64,000 nt of DNA from Chrysomallon squamiferum (taxonomy: Eukaryota; Animalia; Mollusca). Positions 56,345 to 64,000 of this stretch are shown here, one piece after another; the stretch's first letter is position 1, and each line of letters opens with the position of its first letter. The translations under genes were made by a program, and so were the position numbers. The stretch spans positions 17,732,001 to 17,796,000 of the forward strand of contig CM022670.1 of NCBI GenBank assembly GCA_012295275.1. Direction: 5' to 3'. The notes under the pieces were generated by a model that was not told the origin of the DNA, searched no databases, and worked only from the letters and a program-made list of their open reading frames with translations.

Positions 56345-56380
<36 letters not shown>

Positions 56381-58146
56381 AGAAGAAGAGGAACAACAAC
56401 ACAACAATATGATAAACAAGAAGAAAAACAACAACAAAAAAAAAAAAAAAAAATTCGGAAAGAGAAAATATTAATTCCTCAAGTGAATTTTATTTTATAT
56501 GAAAAATACTAAAATGTGTGAAATAAATGTAACTTATAGGTTTGTGTACAATGTTTATAATATAAATTTAATATAAAATTAATGTAAAATAATTTTTTTT
56601 TAAATAATTTCAATGACGATTTCACTATTATCTTCAGTTACTCTCATATTATCACTATTCTGTTAATAGTTCTAAAATGATTGCAAAAATAATAACAACA
56701 ACAAAACGATTATAACAAAATAACAATAACAACAGAAGCATTAATTAATAATAATACAAATATTAATTATAATACAGTAATAATAACAATAGAAACATCA
56801 ACGACAATAACAACAACAACAACAGCAATAATAATAATAGCAGTAAATTTACTACTAACAGTATGAATATTAAGAAATATCAAAATACTAACATACATGA
56901 AATAAAAGTTGTTATCAGATACACAAGAGGAATCGTCTAGAGAAAACACACCAGGAAATGAAATAAATCACAGAACAGATTAAAAGACATAAAACATAAA
57001 ACTCTTTCAGTGTTCAATGAATCTTCAAACGCGACTTCGTGACCACATGTCAAAATAAGTAATTAATTAAAATTAATGATACACCTGCAATCAATTAACG
57101 TCACTCACCTGTAATTATATTTGATGTATATTTCGTGTTTGTTTGCTACTTAGTGCCGGTGTTGACGATTTTCACCTGTCATTAGTTGTATCAGGAAATT
57201 ATTTAAAAAAAACAAAACTGCGAATGCTGGAGAAATAAATATGTATATGTTGCAATACACAGTCATACAATACCGCATAATACAAAAAATAAAAAAATAT
57301 ATAAAAAATAAAAAAATAAATTTAATATATATATATATATATATATTCTAACACAGGACAAGAAATAGAATATAACAGTAATTTACAATACAATATTACA
57401 CAGTGCAATACAATGTTATGCAATAAAGTATAATATAATGCAATATAACCATATTAATATACATATATAATTACGTAGAACAAAACAATATTATACAATA
57501 TATTGTCATATAATGTCATATATTATATTGTTCAATAAAATGATATACAATAAAATACAGTCTAAAACTATGTGATAAAATATAGCACTCCAAATACGAA
57601 AAAACAAATAGATAAACAAATAAACAAACATAACAGAAACAAACAAACAAACAAATAAATAAATGAAACAGACAAATAAATAAATAAATAAAATTATATA
57701 AAATTAAACAAAATATAACATTTATACAATATTTAAATGAACTTTAGTGCAATACAATGTAATACGATATAACACAATAAAATACATTAATTACAATACA
57801 GTATTTCAAATATTTCACTTTAGTTAATTTATACCTATTATTTATATTTATTTATTTATTTATTTATTTACTTTTTATTTACTTATTTACTTACTTACGT
57901 AGTAGAAGCAATAGTAGTTGTAGCAGTAGCAGTAATAGTAATACTAGTTGTAGTTGTAGTAGTAGCAATAGTAGTAGTTGTAATAACGGTGACACATTTT
58001 TGTAAAATGTTTACATACTTTATAATTAAAATAAATAATATCTATGACTGACATTTAAATTAATATTCAGTTAATGAATGTTAACACAGTCGTTATTAAT
58101 CTTTTTTGTTTAGTATCATTAATATTATTATTATCATCATCATTTT

Positions 58147-58207
58147 ATTATTATTGTTGTTGTTGTTATTGTTATTGTTATTGTTATTGTTATTGTTATT
58201 GTTATTA

Positions 58208-58242
<35 letters not shown>

Positions 58243-58374
58243 CCTGTACAATGTTCTGAGTAACTTTGTGTCAACAACAACAGGAAAATGTTTATCTAGC
58301 ATTGATAGTCGTGTCAACAGTTTGAGATTATTATCATGATGAATGACGTACATAAACATCCATGCAATACATAC

Positions 58375-58431
<57 letters not shown>

Positions 58432-58442
58432 CATATATACAT

Positions 58443-58509
<67 letters not shown>

Positions 58510-58640
58510 TATATAATTAACTATATGTAGAACATACATATATACTACATACTTCATACATATATTATTTTTACACAGATACATCCATCCATCTACACAT
58601 GTACATACATCCATCCATACATACATACATACATACCACA
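58147..58640. repeat. Compound (TTG/TTA)n, (AT)n and (ATAC/ATCC)n tracts
   Basis: Direct reading. Confidence 0.9.
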
Positions 58641-60330
58641 CTAAGGATGAATACTTCTAAAACGGTTTCTAATACACATTTATGTGACAAACACTGTTAT
58701 AGCCTTTCGGCTCCGTTTTAGTTTGACAGTACAATCCAAATAACACGTTAGTGCGTTCACACCTACATTTGTAAATGGTTTTGTTGCAGACATAAATGAA
58801 TGGTATTAGTGTTTGTAGACAGGCTTCAGGCTTAAGGAATATTAATTAATATCATAATTACATATATAGAGAATACCAATAATTATTTTGTTGACGTTAT
58901 CATGCAGCTGTATGTTTACAAGCCCCGGGAGTAAAAACATATGTTTGTTTAATGATGTTACGTTCAAAACCCGCTGTTACCTATAAGGTACAGAAACCAC
59001 GCCCCTTCTGTCAAGTATTCCAATTTTAAAACATTTTTCTTTTTTTCTTTTATTTTTCAAGAAGCCGTGGACATTTGTAAAGAGTAGAATGGTAAAATAA
59101 AACGTCTCAAAATCAGCTTCTTTCTCTCGACAATTCCTAACAGTGATGAGATCGTGCTAGCGTGTTTTAATGGGTTAGTTATTTCAACATGGTTTTGGCA
59201 AGATCAGCTTTCGCCCTGCGCGGACAATGTCGATTAGTTTGGTTGGCTGACTGCATTTACTGCGGACCTGTGCTCACGTGCACCTACATCATAGAGCATT
59301 TCACACCGTTTTGGAGGCTTTTTCAAAAGTAAAATGTTTTCCTTACGCTTGGCGGGCTTCATGAGAAAATGAAGTAGAAGAACAAAACACAGCATTGTTC
59401 GAATGTTCAGCGGCTGAAGATGGGACGGGAATCCAAACATCATCGTACATTTGGCTACGACAAACAGCAGCTTCGGGAGGGTCGCGTTCGTTTTGTCTGC
59501 TCAGATAAACGCGGAGTGTTGAGGCATGTGATCGGATAACCTAAAACACGGATTTCTTTTGTGGCAGCTTGGAGAACATTTTACTTCAGTGGACCCTGTT
59601 AGCAAAGCGAAATGAACGTAATACAATACCGTCCGTTTTAAACAGTGTATTGATTCAGCGAGTGCGGACATTGCCTGTCAACAACTCCGCTGCGACACCG
59701 GCTATTTAAAAGACTGGTTTAGTAAATATCAGGTGAAACATTACCTGTGTTTTTAGTTATTACCTCGTCCCCCTGGGCTGTTGTTCCACCAAGTAAGGGA
59801 AGCGCTTACCTGACAACTCGTAATGTTAACATCTGCCACGGACAAACAAATGCTTCTTCTTTTAATACAGACATTTTAAACAGATACATAACAGATTCGC
59901 CACTTAATTATTTTGACTGTTTAGAATGATCCGAACCACTTGAAGATGAAGGGTTTCTAGTATCCTGGGAACTGCTTGGATCATCACCAACAGACAGTGG
60001 GTTTTTTTTTTTAAGGAACAATTTAATCAACACTGACGTTAAGTAAGATTCAGAGAAAGTTCAAGATAATGATAAACAACTTGATGAAAGCAGGGTTTAG
60101 AGGACAATAGTTGAGAATTAAGTCATTCATTTTTGGTGCATTATGCATTAACTGACCGGTCTCCCATTCCATGCAAAGTCCCATATGATATAAACATCTA
60201 TAATCAGTGTTTTGCTGTTTAAGGGAAGGTTTGTGTAAAATATGTATTGTCGCTAAGATTAATAATGATCACTGATTAGTGGTATCGCTTCATCAGTCTC
60301 TGACGTCAGTGATAAAAAGATCTTATCATT
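58640..60330. promoter_or_regulatory. Longest SSR-free CpG-retaining non-coding block, putative regulatory region or lncRNA exon
   Basis: ~1.7 kb of complex sequence with an E-box (59275), CCCNNGGG (59770), CRE (60301) and TATTTAAA (59703); no credible ORF. Confidence 0.35.
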
Positions 60331-61576
60331 TTGTTTTATCATCCATTAAAAGTTAATAATTACGTCTAGTAATTGTTAAGAAGAACATGAAATGTACTTA
60401 CTTTATTAAGAAAGCAATAAAAAAAGAAAAAACGATACATTTTTAATAGAGAAGTAAACTTAACTAATAATAAAGTGTTACAGTAATATAACGAAGATAA
60501 CATTTTTAAACATTTTGCAATTTCTCCTATTTCTCTAGGTCACGTGAAGAAAAATACGAAATCCCAGCAGACTAACACAGCTTTCTGACGATCAGCTCAA
60601 ACAAGAATCAGTAAACAATCACAGAGATTAAAATTAATAAAGCAATCATTTGAAAATAAATAAATGTATTTTGTCTGTTCTGTACTAACGCAAACATATG
60701 TACACGTAAAAACACACACTAATATAAAAAAGCAAACTAAATAAACAAAAAATAAAATTAAACAAATCATAACAACTCTATATATTAAACTGAATTTGAG
60801 TACAATATAATTTGATGTAACACAATAAAATAGATAAAAGACACACATACACACATTCTCGCCAACACACCTAAACGTAAATGTAAACACAGCTACACAT
60901 ACACATATATATTACGCATATGAATAAAAGATTAATAAAACTAACGTAAAAATACGGTAAGTATTTGATCACTACTGAAACCTTTTAACAAGAAAACACA
61001 ATAGTCACTAAGTTTGTACCAATGGTTACATTTTATTTTATTTTATTTTTTTATTTTATTTTATTTTATTTTATTTTATTTCGTTCTTCGATATCGTAAT
61101 CAGAAATTATTCCCCCATCAAAGAAAAAAAAAATATAAAAAAAAAATAAAATAAAAAAAAAAAGAAAATGTAAAATAAGTAGCAAAACATTGTTAATGTA
61201 ACGTATGATTCCATTTTAAATTAAAACTAAATTGTATTTAGTTTTTTATTTGTTTATTAACTTTTTTGAAGGAAAAACATTCTATGCATTTATCTGCTTA
61301 CTGTTGATGTTTCTGTTTCTAAATTAGTTTGTCATAACATTTCGAAATTAAAATATTGTAATACCTTCTACTACAACATCCTACATAGCGTTTCTAAAAT
61401 TTTAAATTAACAAATTTGATTTCCTTTCAGTAAATATTTTTGAAGAAAAGAATAAGAAAAAAAAAATGAAAGAAATAAAATATTTATAAATTATCCTCTC
61501 TCTCACTACAGTCTCAGAGCAAAACTCCTCTACAAAACTGATAGCTTGTTTTAAAATTTATTTTTCGCTTTAAGTC

Positions 61577-61578
<2 letters not shown>

Positions 61579-61670
<92 letters not shown>
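61579..61670. repeat. (CT)n microsatellite
   Basis: Direct reading. Confidence 0.97.
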
Positions 61671-61671
<1 letters not shown>

Positions 61672-62121
61672 AATAAATAAATAAATAAATAATATTTCAT
61701 GAATGAATTGGTCGATGAGAAATGGCATCGGATAAAGACTCCAAATATATAGTCATTAAATACGAACATCGCATACATACATACATACATACGTACGTAC
61801 GTACATACATTCATACATGCATACGTACATTCATACATACGTACAGATATAAATACAGAACGTATATGTATGTATTTAAAATACAATAATTTGTGCAAGT
61901 ACAAAAGATTTTCCATGACTTGATTTATATGTTCAGTTTTGTTCATCATGACAAACCGCACATATATATTTCCTCCAGGTTATTATTATTGTTTTCTTCT
62001 TCTTCTCTCCCCCTTCCCTTTTTTTCTACTTTCTTAAGGAAAGCTTAATTTGATTCCCTTTATGGTTACTCGTATTTTTATTTTAGGTCTGTGTACGAGT
62101 AAGAAAAGCAGAGACTCAGTC

Positions 62122-62127
62122 TTTATT
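62122..62127 (-). terminator. Candidate distal poly(A) signal of MRPL15
   Basis: Second minus-strand AATAAA followed by U-rich tctctgcttttctt, close to where the SSR-poor 3' flank ends. Confidence 0.35.
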
Positions 62128-62662
62128 TACATTTATCTTCACTCAGTTTATGATGGGTAGTTTGCACAAGGGAAGATAACTGTTTGGATTAACAATATTT
62201 CTTGTAACGGACTTTTTAAAATGAAATCTAAAGTCATTAGTATTACTGCAACAGCAAAATTTAAAACAACAACTGCTATTACTGCTTCTATCAATAATAA
62301 TATTTTTTTTGAAAATAAAGTATCACAATAAAATTACAAATTAAAGACGCTTCATCAGCCATTTTTTTGCTTTAATTTCTAATATTTTTTTTATAATTAA
62401 AGAATGAGAGAGAGAAAAATTCTAACAGTTAAAAATAATATAAGAAACATACAGCTTTAACTGTAAAAATTAAGTTCAGCATTTGAGGGATGTGTTATCT
62501 ATACACATCAATAGATACACCAGGATATTTGTCATCAAATACTGTTATCCAGTTTGTGTACAGATGATCCCTTAAAGAAAAATGTATTGGAAATATTCTT
62601 GTTTGACAGAGAATGAGAAATACAGAAACAAACAAGAAACTAAGACATACAGGATTATCAAA

Positions 62663-62668
62663 TTTATT
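62663..62668 (-). terminator. Candidate proximal poly(A) signal of MRPL15
   Basis: AATAAA on the minus strand ~115 nt after the stop, with a UGUA overlapping its 5' end and a GU/U-rich tract (gtttcttgtttgtttctgtattt) ~20 nt downstream. Confidence 0.6.
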
Positions 62669-62781
62669 ACACTTAATAGGTAAACTAGTCATAATACCAG
62701 TGACATCACACTCTCAACTGTTCAATTAAAAATCTCTTCATTATTTAAACAGCACTGTTCTCTTAGCATCTCTGTGAGTTA

Positions 62782-63243
62782 TCATGATGCGTAATACTCT
62801 AAATACTCTTTAGTTTTTGGTTTCAACACAACTTTATCTTTCAGATTAACCACCCAGCCAGGAGCCAACCCATAAAATATCTGACGAGGGTCTTTCCGTT
62901 TAAGCAACATCTCTTTCTGTGGATCGTTTTCAATGTCGGGCAACTTGTAGCCATACTTCTGAGCGAGTTCGAATCTCGCCTCCTCCACTTCTTCCGGGTT
63001 AGCTAAGTAGCCTCTGGTTTTTGGGTTAGTGTAGTACTGTATGGCGTCTGCTGGGGGGAACTTACAGCGAGGGATAGGAACTCCCTTCATAAAAAACTGC
63101 TGAGGGTTGATGACAGCAAACAGCGACGCTGGATCAAAGTAGCGAGTCGTGATGAAGCCGCCGTTGCGCTCAACTGCAGCTATGACAGCCTCGCTAGCCC
63201 ACTGTACTTCAAGGTTGATTTTCGCTGCAAACAAATCAATCCC
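62782..63243 (-). CDS. MRPL15: Mitochondrial large ribosomal subunit protein uL15m (MRPL15), last coding exon, 153 aa + stop
   Basis: Translation GIDLFAAKINLEVQWASEAVIAAVERNGG...RGYLANP...LAQKYGY.LPDI...RKDPRQIFYGLAPGWVVNLKDKVVLKP...YYAS* is colinear with the MRPL15 C-terminal half as I recall it (human [29 protein letters not shown]...RKDPRQIFFGLAPGWVVN). It is preceded on the minus strand by the acceptor ttaatttctttccttcCAG (63244-63262). The ORF-track start at 63234 is an internal TTG. Confidence 0.97.
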   Translation of the reverse strand, partial: GIDLFAAKINLEVQWASEAVIAAVERNGGFITTRYFDPASLFAVINPQQFFMKGVPIPRCKFPPADAIQYYTNPKTRGYLANPEEVEEARFELAQKYGYKLPDIENDPQKEMLLKRKDPRQIFYGLAPGWVVNLKDKVVLKPKTKEYLEYYAS

Positions 63244-63936
63244 CTGGAAGGAAAGAAATTAATGTAATTGTTATTAGTTTCTGAACAAAATAAAAAATAA
63301 ACAGAAACAGGAGCCTTGACATGAGTTAAAATGGGATAAATCAAATAAATTAAAATCTGATATTGTGAACGATGAAAACTTGTAAGAAATGGTTTATTTT
63401 TTTTTTATATAGTACTGCTCCTGATATGTATGTATGTGTGTTTATTTATTAAAATATTGCTTGATACATTTTTTTTTACACATTTATGATATATCAATTT
63501 GTATTATTAACAACTGAATAGAATGAAAAGTTGATTAAATTGGTGATCTATACAAGTAACCTAATTATATTTTATTTATTTTTGTAAATGGTTTTGCATG
63601 AATATAGTGAAACATTAAAAAGGATGTAGACATTTAATTTCATTAAAAACAAAAATATAAAATCTTCTGAAAATGACAGGCTGACAGTTTTTTTAACAAT
63701 AACTTCTTCAGCTTATCAGTTGTTGTTTTTTTTAAATATTTTTTATTTTACTATCACAGTAAAATGAGTAACAGTCAATATTAATAGACTTGACCCTGCT
63801 TTAGCTGTGCATTTCGGTAACAATATATAAAAATGTTACTATGTTTTCAAAAATACTCAAACTTAAATAATCTAACTGAAATCACGGTTGTCAATTACAT
63901 AAAATAAAAAATATTTTATTAGTTAATTGTAATTAC
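63244..63936 (-). other. MRPL15: MRPL15 intron, 693 nt, GT-AG, phase 0
   Basis: Donor GAG|GTAATT at 63936; acceptor with pyrimidine tract and CAG at 63244-63246; branch-like CTAAT/TTAAT upstream; reading frame preserved across the junction. Confidence 0.92.
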
Positions 63937-64000
63937 CTCTTCAGTGAGATTAACACCAAAATGTCGTTTGAGAACATCTATTGTGTACAGTTTAGTGTTA
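63937..64000 (-). CDS. MRPL15: MRPL15 penultimate coding exon, 5'-truncated by the window edge
   Basis: Minus strand reads (t)AAC ACT AAA CTG TAC ACA ATA GAT GTT CTC AAA CGA CAT TTT GGT GTT AAT CTC ACT GAA GAG|gtaatt = NTKLYTIDVLKRHFGVNLTEE. This matches human ...VTIQPLKRDYGVQLVEE and splices in frame to GIDLF. Not in the ORF track. Confidence 0.93.

Noticed and set aside
59141-59253. Possible C/D box snoRNA (GTGATGA ... CTGA)
   Set aside because: Only a 3-bp terminal stem, no rRNA-complementary guide adjacent to the D box that I can identify, and no host intron known.
59654-59675. RE1/REST-like TTCAGC...CGGACA..GCC
   Set aside because: Wrong spacing and core mismatches, and REST is not expected in a probable protostome.
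33461-62104. Other AG...GTAAG microexon-like patterns (33461-33473, 62087-62098)
   Set aside because: Such signals arise readily in T-rich DNA and these lack independent support.

Overview
AT-rich, microsatellite-saturated genomic DNA from an invertebrate animal. The SSR spectrum and the MRPL15 sequence would fit a mollusc such as a cephalopod, but that is inference. The only protein-coding sequence I can support is the 3' part of the nuclear gene for mitochondrial ribosomal protein L15 (MRPL15/uL15m) on the minus strand at the right edge. It consists of a window-truncated penultimate exon (63937-64000, missed by the ORF track), a 693-nt GT-AG phase-0 intron, the last coding exon (62782-63243) and candidate poly(A) signals. 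The other ~62 kb, downstream of MRPL15, contains no recognisable gene or transposon ORF. It alternates between roughly 45 complex, CpG-retaining islands of about 0.2-1.5 kb and AT-rich SSR spacers. The islands carry dense transcription-factor-like motifs (perfect DR1s, COE/EBF palindromes, E-boxes, CRE, TCF, homeodomain, YY1), so the region looks like an enhancer-rich gene desert. Other notable structures are an (AAT)n/(ATT)n foldback with unique inverted flanks, a duplicated microexon-like module, two dispersed inverted repeat pairs, hairpins, and minisatellites with higher-order or polar structure. Most listed ORFs are SSR translation artefacts. I found no evidence strong enough to claim a new biological system; the best leads are regulatory or structural and need comparative or expression data.
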